A stretch of DNA of 64,000 bases from an uncultured Acidobacteriota bacterium. Lineage in GTDB: Bacteria > Acidobacteriota > Polarisedimenticolia > JACPZX01. The position numbers were made by a program, and so were the translations under genes. Below are positions 51,527 to 61,072 of the stretch, piece by piece; the stretch's first letter is position 1; each line of letters begins with the position of its first letter. The notes below the pieces were generated by a model. It made no database searches. It was not told the DNA's origin and saw nothing but the letters and a program-made list of their open reading frames with translations. Where the stretch lies: positions 58,866-122,865 of the forward strand of contig CAYNUH010000002.1 of the NCBI GenBank assembly GCA_964400605.1, in the 5' to 3' direction.

Positions 51527-51879
51527 GGCACCCCCCGTGCCGGGGGCGGTCCCGAGGCCGCATCCGGGGCCGCCGGACGCGCGCCGGAACCCGCCGCCTT
51601 CCGCTCCCGCCGCGGGCCCACGGGAGGAGCGACTCGGGCGTTGCGGCGGCCGTCACCGCTCCAGGGCTCGACGGGGCGGCCGCTCGCGAGATGGGTCCGA
51701 TTCCAGGATGAATCCTGCGAGATTAACGAGCAGCCATCCTATCGTGGACGCCCGCCGGGTGTCAACGAACAGGCCATCCCGTCGCGAGGATCGGCCAGGA
51801 CGTCCCCTTGGGGCCCGCGAGGCGGGAGCCCGAGCCACTCCCCGAGTTCACGCTGCTCCGCCGCGCGCTGAAAGGTTGT

Positions 51880-52261
51880 GTAGGCGGCTCCGCGATCCGC
51901 GGCGGCCCGGACCGGGCTCGGTACCGCGCTGGCGGAGGAGGGCCTGCTCGACGAGGCGACCCGCTCGTTCCGCGAAGCGGTCGATCTCGATCCGGTCGAC
52001 GCCGACGCCCTGAGCCAGCTCGGGCAGGCGCTGCTCCTGCGCGGCCGGGGACGGGAGGCCGTGGATGTCCTGCGCCGGAGCCTGGCGGCCCAGCACGATC
52101 ACCGGCGAGCGCGCATCGGCCTGGCCGCGGCCCTGGTGAGCTTGGGTGAGCATCAGGAAGCGGGGCGTCTGTACCGCGCGGTGCTCGCCGAGGATCCAGA
52201 GGATCCGTGGGCCAACCGGGGCCTGGCCGAGCTCGAGAGGCGCGCAGGCCGCGGGCCGTGA
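51880..52261 (+). pseudogene. TPR-repeat gene fragment with no usable start (remnant)
   Basis: The frame is open from the TAG at about 51877 and encodes 2-3 TPR units (LGTALAEEGLLDEA...). The only in-frame start is the GTG at 52061, and there is no ribosome-binding site. Confidence 0.35.
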
Positions 52262-52320
52262 GTTCGAAGAGGATCGCCCGAGGGTTACCGGATCGCCTAT
52301 GGGCCCGACCGAGGGCGATG

Positions 52321-53580
52321 TCAGGCGGGCACGGGGAGGGTGATCACGAGGCGGGCCCCGCCGCCGGGGGCGCGCCCGAGGTGGAGCGCGCCCCCGTGCG
52401 ACTCGACGATCTTGCGCGAGATCGCGAGCCCGAGGCCGGTGCCTCCCGCGCGCGTGGTGAAGAAGGGCCGGAAGATCTCCTCCGCGATCTCCTGGGGGAC
52501 GCCCGGGCCGGTGTCCTCCACGGACATCTCCAGCCCGCCGCCTTCGAGCCGCCGGGCGGCGATGCGGATCTCCCCCGACCTGTTCATGGCCTGCGTGGCG
52601 TTGAGCACCAAGTTCACGATCACCTGCTGGATCTGGCCGGGGTCCATCGGAAAGGCGGGCAGATCTCTGGGCCCCCTGACTACAATCCTGATGTTTTTGA
52701 AGCGCGGCTCGTCGGAGATCAGCCTCACCGTCGTCCGGATCAGCTTGAGCGGATCCACCAGCTCCCGCGCCGGGAGCGAGGGGCGCGCGTAGATCAGCAG
52801 GTCGTTGACCTTCCCATCGAGGCGGCGGACCTCGTTGAGGATCTCGCCGAGGATTTCCTTGCGTGGCTCGTCGGGACGCATCTCCTGGCCGATCACCTGG
52901 ATCGCGCTGCTGATGGCGGTGAGGGGGTTGCGGATCTCATGAGCGATGACGGCGGCCACCTCGCCGATGGCCGCGAGACGGCGGAAGGTCGAGTTCTGCT
53001 CCGACTGGAGCATCTTCCTCGCCCAGTCCTCGCGGTACGTCTCCAGCATGAGGGCCAGCGAGAGGTCGAGGATCCTTACGAAGGCGCGCTGCACGGCCAC
53101 ACTGTGCGGCGTCCTCCGCGGGTAGGCGCGAAAGAGGACCCGGTTCAGGTGCTCGCGGAAGACCTGCATCCCGGCCACCATGTACGACTGATCGAGCCCC
53201 ACCTGGACGTGCCGGGTCCCGATCGCCGACTGCAGCCCGGCGTACTCGGCGTCGTGCGGTCCCTTCAGCGTGCGATCGAGCCATACCCTCAAGGTCGACT
53301 TCAACCGGGCGACCTGCTGGTCCCCGCCCGTGATGACCCCGCGGGCGAGGGGGTCCGCTTCGATCCTCGCGTAGAAGTCGTCGAGGATCCCGTCGAGGTG
53401 CGGCTGCACCTTGGGATGGAAGGAGGCCAGGAGGGAGGAATCCCTCTTCGTGAAGCCGACATAGTCCGCGAGCCGGGAGAAGAGAGAGGCGGGGTCGGAC
53501 CCGCCTGCGGCCGCGGCCGGCGCCGCGGCGCGGCGGGCGCGGGCGGGTGGGGCTGCGGAGTGGGAACGCGCGGGCGTCAT
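52321..53580 (-). CDS. globin-coupled sensor histidine kinase (protoglobin domain plus HisKA plus HATPase)
   Basis: The N-terminal approximately 150 aa match protoglobin/GCS blocks: ILDDFYARI, LKSTLRVWLDRT, YAGLQSAIGTRHV (proximal His). These are followed by H-box HEIRNPL and the G1/G2 boxes. Confidence 0.65.
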   Translation of the reverse strand: MTPARSHSAAPPARARRAAAPAAAAGGSDPASLFSRLADYVGFTKRDSSLLASFHPKVQPHLDGILDDFYARIEADPLARGVITGGDQQVARLKSTLRVWLDRTLKGPHDAEYAGLQSAIGTRHVQVGLDQSYMVAGMQVFREHLNRVLFRAYPRRTPHSVAVQRAFVRILDLSLALMLETYREDWARKMLQSEQNSTFRRLAAIGEVAAVIAHEIRNPLTAISSAIQVIGQEMRPDEPRKEILGEILNEVRRLDGKVNDLLIYARPSLPARELVDPLKLIRTTVRLISDEPRFKNIRIVVRGPRDLPAFPMDPGQIQQVIVNLVLNATQAMNRSGEIRIAARRLEGGGLEMSVEDTGPGVPQEIAEEIFRPFFTTRAGGTGLGLAISRKIVESHGGALHLGRAPGGGARLVITLPVPA

Positions 53581-53632
53581 CGTGCGGCCGCTGGCCGGCC
53601 GCAACGGAGTATATCCGACGCCCGTCCGGGCG

Positions 53633-54477
53633 TCAGCGCGGGGCGCGCCAGCAGCCGGTGACCGTGGCGGTGCCCGGCGCGGCCGCCTCGACCGTCACGC
53701 CGAGATCCTCGCGTCCGGCGGGCGCCTCCACGTCGCCCCCGCCCCGCGCCAGGAGAGCCTCGTACTCCAGGGGGTGCTCCTCCTTCATCTCGTCGAGCGA
53801 GATCTTGCCGTCGAGCCAGATCCGGCTCATCGGGAAGGCTCCGGGTCTGAAGTGCACCTGGTACATGTGCCAGATGATGATGGCCAGGAACGCGAGGATC
53901 GCTTCGTAGGAGTGCACGACGCGCACCAGGTCGAAGACGTAGCGCGGGAAGAGGGCCATGGTGGCCTCCTCGAACCAGAGCATCAGGCCGGTGCCAGCCA
54001 TCAGCAGACTTCCCCAGACCACAGCCAGATACTCGAACTTCTCGATGAAGGTGTAGCGCCCGTAGCGGGGGTGCGTCTCGGGAAGCCACTGGCTCCAGCG
54101 CCGGCGCAGGAGCCGCCCGCGCGCGGTGCGCCTCAGCCATCGCACGGCGCCGCTCTGATGGGCCAGCGTGCCGACGGCGTCTCGCGCGTCCTGCATCCTC
54201 GGAAGCAGACCCTTGAAGTCTCGGTTGCCGCGCCCGGAGAGCAAGATGTAAAGGAGGTGGGCGAAGCACAGGATGATCAGCCCGACGCCCGCGATCCGGT
54301 GCATGAGCCCGCGGATCCAGAAGAGGTCGCCGCGCGACAGGACGCTCTTCAGCATCGGCGAGGGATCGAAGATCATGGGAAGGCCCGTCAGCACGAGGAG
54401 CGTGAAGGTGGCGATCAGGACGCCGTGCTGCACCCTCTGCGAGAGAGGCATCCGCATGATCTCGCGCCGATCGCTCA
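53633..54477 (-). CDS. b-type cytochrome membrane subunit (FdnI/HydC/PhsC-like, 4-5 TM)
   Basis: 281 aa. TM helices contain conserved His (HGVL, HRIAG, HLLY, HSYE, HMYQ). The N-terminal half of the tracked ORF is the cyt c gene read out of frame. The start may be off by 1 nt. Confidence 0.6.
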
Positions 54478-55482
54478 TCCGCTTCTCCCGCCGGGCCCGG
54501 AGCGCTCCCCGGCGCGGCGCCGCAGCCGGTGGGTCAGGTCCGCCACCATGAAGACGGCGAAGACAGCCATCATCGACGCGATCATCCCCTGGTAGAACCT
54601 CCGAGCCACGTACGTGAAGGGGTTGTCCTCCCACCGGTCCTCCAGGTGGACCTTCCCGATGGCGAAGTTTCTGCCGGCCTGCAGGTGGCAGTGGCCGCAC
54701 GTGGCCGGGAGATTGGCGGAGTTGATGGTGGACCTTTCGTCGCGCGAAGGGAGAATCCTGTGCACGCCGTGGCACGAGGCGCAATTGGCCACAGTCCGGT
54801 CTCCGTACTCCCCGGCGAGGCCGTGGAAGCTCCCCAGGAATGTCTGCAGGCGCGCCGGCGGCAGGCTGTACTTGCGCACGATCTCCTCGTCGTCGTGGCA
54901 TCGGGTGCAGGTGGGAGCCAGGGCCGAGGCGTTCACGGGTGAGTTGGGGTCGCCCTTGGGAACGATCCTGTGCCCCCCGTGGCAGGTCAGGCAGGTCGGC
55001 ACATCGGGGTTCCCCTTCTTGAGTTCGGTCCCGTGGATCCCCTCCATGTATTCGTGGACGATCTCCTCGTGGCAGCTCCCGCACATGGCGGACAGGTGCG
55101 CCCCCACCTTCGCCGGCCTCGATCCACCTCCCGCCTCGTCGATCGCGTGCGTTCCGTGGCAGTCGGCGCAGGCGGGGGGGTGGCCGGGGGCGACGGAAGC
55201 GTCGTGGCAGGCGGTGCAGTCCACGGCCGCGGGTTGCGGGTGGGGGAATTCCTGCACGTCTGCGAGATCGGTGTGGCAGGACGCACACTCCAGCCCCGCA
55301 TTCCCGTGGACCGAGGATCGGAGCAGCGCGCCCAGGTCGTGGCAGTCGGCGCAGTTCGGGGTTTCCTCCGCGGTCACCGGGGCCGCCGCCGCTCCGGGCA
55401 GGATGAACCCTCCGGCCGCCAGCAAGGCGAGCGGGAGCAACCGGCGACACTCCCGGCGGGCGGACGGCCGCTTGCAGGACAT
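54475..55482 (-). CDS. multiheme c-type cytochrome (9 CXXCH) with a C-terminal TM helix
   Basis: Signal peptide; nine motifs (2x CADCH, 2x CASCH, then CTACH, CGSCH, CLTCH, CTRCH, CGHCH); a GGAGG ribosome-binding site 7 nt before ATG 55482. Confidence 0.75.
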   Translation of the reverse strand: MSCKRPSARRECRRLLPLALLAAGGFILPGAAAAPVTAEETPNCADCHDLGALLRSSVHGNAGLECASCHTDLADVQEFPHPQPAAVDCTACHDASVAPGHPPACADCHGTHAIDEAGGGSRPAKVGAHLSAMCGSCHEEIVHEYMEGIHGTELKKGNPDVPTCLTCHGGHRIVPKGDPNSPVNASALAPTCTRCHDDEEIVRKYSLPPARLQTFLGSFHGLAGEYGDRTVANCASCHGVHRILPSRDERSTINSANLPATCGHCHLQAGRNFAIGKVHLEDRWEDNPFTYVARRFYQGMIASMMAVFAVFMVADLTHRLRRRAGERSGPGGRSG

Positions 55483-55603
55483 CTCCACGCCTCCGTAGAG
55501 ACTTTCAGCAACCCGCGTACCAACCGATGGCGTCGCGTGACCGCCGCTTGGCCGCCGTTCGGCGGCCGAGCGCCCGCGGTGGCACAGGTGCTGCTACAGA
55601 AAG

Positions 55604-55869
55604 GGGTGAAAGAGATGGAGGAGCCGCAAACGAAGCCCCCAGAGGACTCGATCATGTCCGACCAGAAGAAGATCCGGGAGAAGATCAAGGAGATGCGCGA
55701 GCTTGTGAGGGTCGGCAAGGAGCGCATAGCCACGCACTCGCCGGTCTGGGCCGTCTACCTGACGGGCGAGACGCTGCGCTCGTTGAGCCAGGTGCTCGAC
55801 GCTCTCGATCGGGAGCTGGACGCGCCGGTCGAGAAGGAATGGAACGCGCGCGCCCGGCGGACGGGCTGA
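55604..55869 (+). CDS. small hypothetical protein (about 88 aa)
   Basis: An AAAGGGGTGAAAGAG ribosome-binding-like region precedes the ATG. Lys/Glu-rich N-terminus. No recognised family. Confidence 0.3.
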
Positions 55870-55975
55870 ACCCGCAGCCCGCGAAGCCAGCCGCAGACGA
55901 AGGCCGTGGAGGCAGCACCATGCACACCATCCGACTGGCAAGCGCCGAGGACCCGCTCGCGCTGACGCTGACTCT

Positions 55976-56920
55976 ATGAGCGAACAGGTCGTCTACTTCA
56001 ACGGGAAGTTCATGCCCGAGCCGGAAGCGAGGATCCCTCTGCTCACGCACGGGCTCCAGTACGGGACCGGGGTGTTCGAGGGGATCCGGGCCTACCACGA
56101 CGGGGAGACCGGGCAGGTGATGATCTTCCGCGGGGAAGACCACTTCGAGCGGATGTCCCGCAACGTGAAGTTCCTCTACATCAAGCTCCCGCTGCTCCCC
56201 CCGAGGCTCACCGAGGTGGCCGCCGAGCTCATCCGGAGGAACCACTTCGAGAGCGACGTCTACATCCGGCCCGTGGCGTTCAAGTCGGCCACGAAGGTCG
56301 GCGTGGTGCTGCCGCCGGACGATGCCTTCGCCATGATCGCCGTGCCCATGGGACAGTACCTGGACACGCAGAAGGGGCTCCACTGCGGCGTGTCGTCCTG
56401 GCGCCGGCTCCAGGACAACGCCATTCCCTGCCGGGCCAAGATCTGCGGCGCCTACGTCAACTCGGCCCTGGCCGCGCAGGAGGCCCGAGATCGCGGGTTC
56501 GACGAGGCGATCTTCCTGAACGAAGCCGGGCACGTGGCCGAGGGAAGCGCCATGAACATCTTCCTCCTCCGCGGCGGGAGGCTCGTGACGCCGGACGTGA
56601 CCCAAGGGATCGTCGAGGGGATCACGCGCGACACGGTGATCACGCTGGCGGGCGAGAAGGGGATCCGGACCGAGGCACGTGCCGTGGACCGCACGGAGCT
56701 GTACGTGGCCGATGAGGCCTTCCTGTGCGGGACGGCGGCCCAGATCGCGCCCGTGACCCGCATCGACGGCCGGCTGGTGGGCGACGGGAGGCTCGGGACC
56801 CTCACGCTGGAGCTTCAAGCCCTCTACGAGAGGGTGGTCCGCGGCCGCTCAAGGAAGCACCTGCACTGGCTGTCCCCCGTGCACGCGCTCGCCGCAGCCG
56901 GGCGCGCCGGCGCCGCCTGA
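55976..56920 (+). CDS. ilvE: branched-chain amino acid aminotransferase
   Basis: Fold-type IV PLP blocks: GxGVFEGxRAY, the KICG...Y catalytic Lys region, and LCGTAA. Confidence 0.85.
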   Translation: MSEQVVYFNGKFMPEPEARIPLLTHGLQYGTGVFEGIRAYHDGETGQVMIFRGEDHFERMSRNVKFLYIKLPLLPPRLTEVAAELIRRNHFESDVYIRPVAFKSATKVGVVLPPDDAFAMIAVPMGQYLDTQKGLHCGVSSWRRLQDNAIPCRAKICGAYVNSALAAQEARDRGFDEAIFLNEAGHVAEGSAMNIFLLRGGRLVTPDVTQGIVEGITRDTVITLAGEKGIRTEARAVDRTELYVADEAFLCGTAAQIAPVTRIDGRLVGDGRLGTLTLELQALYERVVRGRSRKHLHWLSPVHALAAAGRAGAA

Positions 56921-56935
56921 GTCAAGGAGCCCCCC

Positions 56936-57328
56936 TCACTTCCGCGGGAGCAGCTCCCGGATCGTCGCCAGCAGGTGCTGCGGATCGAAGGGCTTCGTGA
57001 TGTAGCGGTTCGCGCCCCAATCCATCCCTTCCTGGATGTCCTGGGGGGCGTCCTTCGCCGAGACGATCACGATGGGCAGATCCGGCCGCAGCTCCCGGAG
57101 TGCGTGGGTGGAAGTCGTGCCGTCGAACCGCGGCATCATGATGTCCATCAGCACGAGGTCGGGCTGGAAGTCGAAGTTCTTGTGCACGGCCATCGGGCTG
57201 TCCGTGGCGACCTCCACCTCGTAGCCCTCGGCGCGAAGCAGGTCGCTCACGATGCGGTTGTGGTGCGGGTCGTCGTCCACGATCAAGATCCGGGCCCCCC
57301 TGGGGGCTGTCTCGGCGCTCATGCTCAC
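56936..57328 (-). CDS. single-domain response regulator (receiver)
   Basis: DDD...D...K receiver; 130 aa. Confidence 0.7.
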   Translation of the reverse strand: MSMSAETAPRGARILIVDDDPHHNRIVSDLLRAEGYEVEVATDSPMAVHKNFDFQPDLVLMDIMMPRFDGTTSTHALRELRPDLPIVIVSAKDAPQDIQEGMDWGANRYITKPFDPQHLLATIRELLPRK

Positions 57329-57367
57329 CTCCGCGGAGGGGCCGGGGCTCCCGCCCCGGTCCCTCGA

Positions 57368-58930
57368 TCACCCTCCGGACCGGCCGGTAGGGTCTCGTTC
57401 CTGGTTGGCGCCTCGGGCCTCGCCCCTCGCCGGCGGCGGCGCGGCGGGAAGCCGGAGGGTGAATGTCGAACCTCCACCGGGACGGCTCTCCACGGTGACG
57501 TCGCCTCCCATGAGGCGGGCCAGCTTCCGCGATATGGCCAGCCCGAGGCCCGTGCCCCCGTACGCCCGGGTGTCGGACCCGTCGAGCTGGCGGAAGCTGT
57601 CGAAGATCGCTTCCTGGTCCTCGGGCGCGATGCCGATCCCCGTGTCCCGCACGGTGAAGGCGGCGCCGCCTCCGGCGGCCGGGCGCGTGCCGAGGACGAT
57701 CTCGCCCCTGGGACTGAACTTGACGGCGTTGCCCAGGAGATTCAACAAGATCTGCCGGACGCGCGAGCGATCCGAGGTCACGACGAGACGCCCGTCCTCC
57801 GACTCCACCCTCACGTCGAGTCCCTTCTCCTCCGCCAGCGGGCGCACCGTCTCGAGGGTCTCCGCCGCAAGATCTCCCGCGCTGAAGGTTGTCAGGGTCG
57901 TGCTCAGCCGGCCCGCCTCGACCTTGGATATGTCGAGGACGTCGTTGATCAGGTTCAGCAGCGCGGAGGAGGTCTCCGCGATCCCCGCCAGCGCCTCGCG
58001 CTGGGCCGCGGTGAGGTCCCCGTACAGCCCCCGCCGCAGCAGAGACGTGTACCCCATGATCGCGTTCAGCGGGGTTCGCAGTTCGTGCGACATGGTGGCC
58101 AGGAAGGAGCTCTTCATCCGCGAGGCCCGTTCCAGCTCGAAGTTCTTGGCCTCGATCTCCTCCTGCTTGCGGGCGATGGTGGCCCGCGCGCGATCGAGAT
58201 CCTGTACCATCTGGTTGAAGGCGTCCGCCACGCGCGAGAACTCGCTGTCGAGGTGCATCCGGACACCGGCGCTCAGATCCCCCCGTGCGACCGACTCGAG
58301 CGCGCTGGCCATCACGGGCAGGGGCGCGAGAACGTGGCGGCGGATCCCGGCGACGCTCGCGAGGCCGACGGCGACGATCAGGACGAGCGCCGCGATCTGC
58401 GCGCCGTGGAAGCGGGCCAGCGTATCGTTCACCTCCGCCGTCAGCGCGGCGACCACCTCGCCCATGCACGCCTGCACCTGAAGCGACCGCTCGAGGATCA
58501 TCCCCCGGTAGGGGGCGGAGACTTCGTACGCGTCCAGCCGCGCCCAGGTCTCCAGGTCGCCGGCGACCGATTGATGGTACCGGGCGAAGGCGGTGCGCAC
58601 GCGCCCGAGGGCCCCGAGGGTGGCCCGGTCCCGCGTGCCCGCGAGGCCGCGGGCGGTGTCGCCGCGCTCCAGCGCCTCCACGGTCCTCTCGAAGGCCGCG
58701 AGGTTCTCGAAGATGCCTTCGAGCCTCTCGCGCCCGCCGTCGCGGATGTACTGGAGCGACTCGGCCGTGGTGGCCACGATGCGGGCGCGCTCGGCCGAGG
58801 CGGCCTCCAGCATGCGGCTGTCGGAGGAGAGGAGCCGGGCGAAGTAGAGGTTGCTGGCCAGAATGCTGGCGGCCAGGGCCGTCGTGATGGACACGGCGGC
58901 GTACATCCGGCGGCGGATGGAGATCTTCAC
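57368..58930 (-). CDS. sensor histidine kinase (periplasmic 4-helix sensor, HAMP, HisKA, HATPase)
   Basis: The GTG start forms a GTGA overlap with the upstream RR stop. H-box HELRTPL; N, G1 and G2 boxes. Confidence 0.8.
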   Translation of the reverse strand: MKISIRRRMYAAVSITTALAASILASNLYFARLLSSDSRMLEAASAERARIVATTAESLQYIRDGGRERLEGIFENLAAFERTVEALERGDTARGLAGTRDRATLGALGRVRTAFARYHQSVAGDLETWARLDAYEVSAPYRGMILERSLQVQACMGEVVAALTAEVNDTLARFHGAQIAALVLIVAVGLASVAGIRRHVLAPLPVMASALESVARGDLSAGVRMHLDSEFSRVADAFNQMVQDLDRARATIARKQEEIEAKNFELERASRMKSSFLATMSHELRTPLNAIMGYTSLLRRGLYGDLTAAQREALAGIAETSSALLNLINDVLDISKVEAGRLSTTLTTFSAGDLAAETLETVRPLAEEKGLDVRVESEDGRLVVTSDRSRVRQILLNLLGNAVKFSPRGEIVLGTRPAAGGGAAFTVRDTGIGIAPEDQEAIFDSFRQLDGSDTRAYGGTGLGLAISRKLARLMGGDVTVESRPGGGSTFTLRLPAAPPPARGEARGANQERDPTGRSGG

Positions 58931-59346
58931 CCACCACTCTCCCGGGCCGAGAGGAGGCGGCCGACCTCGTCCACGAGGACCATCGGGTCGATGGGCTTGG
59001 CCAGGTAGCCGTCGCAGCCAGCGGCGAGAGCCGCCTCGGCGTCGTCGCGCATGGCGCGCGCGGTCAGGACGAGGACCAGAGGGGGACGCGGAGCGAGATC
59101 CAGCTTCATGCGGCACATGGCTTCGATGCCGGTCATCCCGGGCAGGGCCACGTCCATCACGACGAGATCGGGGCGGAGGGCGGCCGAGAGCCGCAGGGCC
59201 TCGGGCCCGTCGATCGCCTCGTGGATCTCGAAGCCGGCGGCGCGCAGGGCGAGGGCGTTGATCCGGCGTGTGTGCACGTCATCATCCACCAGGAGGATCC
59301 GCGCCGCGGGACGCCCGCCGTCCCCTGATAGATCGGTCATCGGCAA
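58927..59346 (-). CDS. single-domain response regulator (receiver)
   Basis: ILLVDDD...D(54)...K; 139 aa. Confidence 0.7.
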   Translation of the reverse strand: MPMTDLSGDGGRPAARILLVDDDVHTRRINALALRAAGFEIHEAIDGPEALRLSAALRPDLVVMDVALPGMTGIEAMCRMKLDLAPRPPLVLVLTARAMRDDAEAALAAGCDGYLAKPIDPMVLVDEVGRLLSARESGG

Positions 59347-59620
59347 CCCATCCTCATCGTGCAGCCGGATGGATGGTCAAGGTGCGTGCCATCGCGCGAA
59401 CCGCGGAGGCGGCCCTTCCCGGCCCGCAAGTGGCTCACGGGGAGAGGATAACCGAAGAGGGACCCGGCGTGGTCCTGCCCTCCGGGGAGGCGCGCGGTGC
59501 GGGATATCCTCCGCGATGCGCGAAACGACGCAGGCCGGGCTCTTCTCACAGGCTCCCGCCGGAGCGTGGCACCTGGTCTGCTATCCTGCCGCGGCCCCGC
59601 GACGGCCGCCGGAGCACACC

Positions 59621-61057
59621 ATGAGAGTCTTCCGATGGATGCGCGATCTCCTGAGCGCCTCCCTCAGGGATCCGATCAGCCTCCTGGGCGCCGCGCTGGC
59701 CTCGGTGGCGACCGCCCTCATCCTCACGATTCTCCTGCTCGACATCCTCGGCTTCCACACGAACCCGTACGTGGGCGTGCTCACATTCCTCGTCCTTCCG
59801 GGCGTCTTTCTGTTCGGCCTCATCCTCGTCCCCATCGGCGTGCTCCGGGAGCGGAGGCGCTCCGGCGCCGGGGTCCATGGCGGCGTCTTCCCCGTCATCA
59901 ATCTGAACCTGGACCATCACCGCAGCCGCTTCCTGGGCTTCTCGGTGCTGACGTTCGTGAACCTGGTCATCCTAGCCACGGTCTCGTACCGGAGCGTGGA
60001 GCACATGGACTCGGTGCAGTTCTGCGGTCAGACGTGCCACAGCGTCATGGATCCCGAGTTCACCGCGTACAGGCGGTCTCCCCATTCGCGGGTCGCCTGC
60101 GTCGCGTGTCACATCGGCCCCGGCGCCGGCTGGTTCGTGAAGTCGAAGCTCTCGGGGACGTGGCAGGTCTTCGCCGTCACCTTCCAGACTTTCGAGCGGC
60201 CGATACCGGTCCCCGTGAGGAACCTCCGGCCCGCGCGCGAGACGTGCGAGCAGTGCCACTGGCCCGAGAAGTTCCATGGCGACCGGATCAAGGTGAAGAC
60301 GACGTACTCGCTGGACGAGAAGAACACCGAGCTGAAGACCGCGCTGATCCTCAAGGTCGGAGGCGGCAGCCTCGAGTCCGGGTTCGCTTCCGGGATCCAC
60401 TGGCACATGAACATCGCCAACGAGGTGACCTACGTCGCGGACGACGAGGCCCGGGAGAAGATCTCGTTCGTCCGCTTCAAGGACCGCGCCGGGAGGGTGA
60501 CCGATTACCTGAAATCCGGCGCCTCGAAGCCGGGCAATGAGACGATAGCGGCGTCCGGCCGCCGCATGGACTGCGTGGACTGCCACAACCGCCCCACCCA
60601 CGTCTTCAAGATGCCGGGCGCGGAGGTGGACGAGGCGATGCGCTCCGGCAAGATCGACAGGACGCTCCCGTTCATCAAGAAGGTGTCGGTGGAGACTCTC
60701 TCGCGGCCGTACGATTCGCGGGGCCAGGCCGCGCAGGCGATCCCTGTGCTGCTCGACGACTACTACCGCAAGAACTACCCCGCGCTCCTGTCGGAGAAAC
60801 CGGACGCCATCCGCATCGCGGGCACGGCGCTCGCGGAGATCCACGGGGCGAACGTCTTCCCGGAGATGAAGATCACGTGGGGCACCTACCCCAACCACAT
60901 CGGCCACAACGACTCGCCGGGCTGCTTCCGCTGCCACGACGGAGAGCACGCGAGCGAGGACGGCAGGCTCATCAGCAACGAGTGCGAGACCTGCCACACG
61001 CTCCTGGCCCTGGAAGAGGAGAACCCCGAGATCCTCACGCGGCTGTTCCCCCCGTAG
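59621..61057 (+). CDS. membrane-anchored multiheme c-type cytochrome (2 N-terminal TM helices, 6 CXXCH)
   Basis: CGQTCH, CVACH, CEQCH, CVDCH, CFRCH, CETCH. The upstream 190 aa of the tracked ORF are read-through. Confidence 0.7.
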   Translation: MRVFRWMRDLLSASLRDPISLLGAALASVATALILTILLLDILGFHTNPYVGVLTFLVLPGVFLFGLILVPIGVLRERRRSGAGVHGGVFPVINLNLDHHRSRFLGFSVLTFVNLVILATVSYRSVEHMDSVQFCGQTCHSVMDPEFTAYRRSPHSRVACVACHIGPGAGWFVKSKLSGTWQVFAVTFQTFERPIPVPVRNLRPARETCEQCHWPEKFHGDRIKVKTTYSLDEKNTELKTALILKVGGGSLESGFASGIHWHMNIANEVTYVADDEAREKISFVRFKDRAGRVTDYLKSGASKPGNETIAASGRRMDCVDCHNRPTHVFKMPGAEVDEAMRSGKIDRTLPFIKKVSVETLSRPYDSRGQAAQAIPVLLDDYYRKNYPALLSEKPDAIRIAGTALAEIHGANVFPEMKITWGTYPNHIGHNDSPGCFRCHDGEHASEDGRLISNECETCHTLLALEEENPEILTRLFPP

Positions 61058-61072
61058 CCGCCCGACTCGGGT

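Noticed and set aside
51527-51700. Possible ECF-type autoregulatory promoter (GGAAG-N18-CGTC on the minus strand) upstream of the ECF sigma gene
   Set aside because: Spacing and the -35 element are off-consensus. It cannot be supported without comparison with orthologous regions.
54470-54480. 1-nt inconsistency between my base indexing and the ORF-track coordinates at the cyt c / cyt b junction
   Set aside because: This is most likely a counting slip on my side. The feature boundaries there are given as +/-1 nt rather than claimed as a frameshift.
56921-56960. Short palindrome gggagcagctccc between convergent ilvE and the RR; considered as a bidirectional terminator
   Set aside because: The stem is 5-6 bp with a loop of 1-3 nt and lies inside the RR coding end. 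It is too weak and lacks a U-tract.
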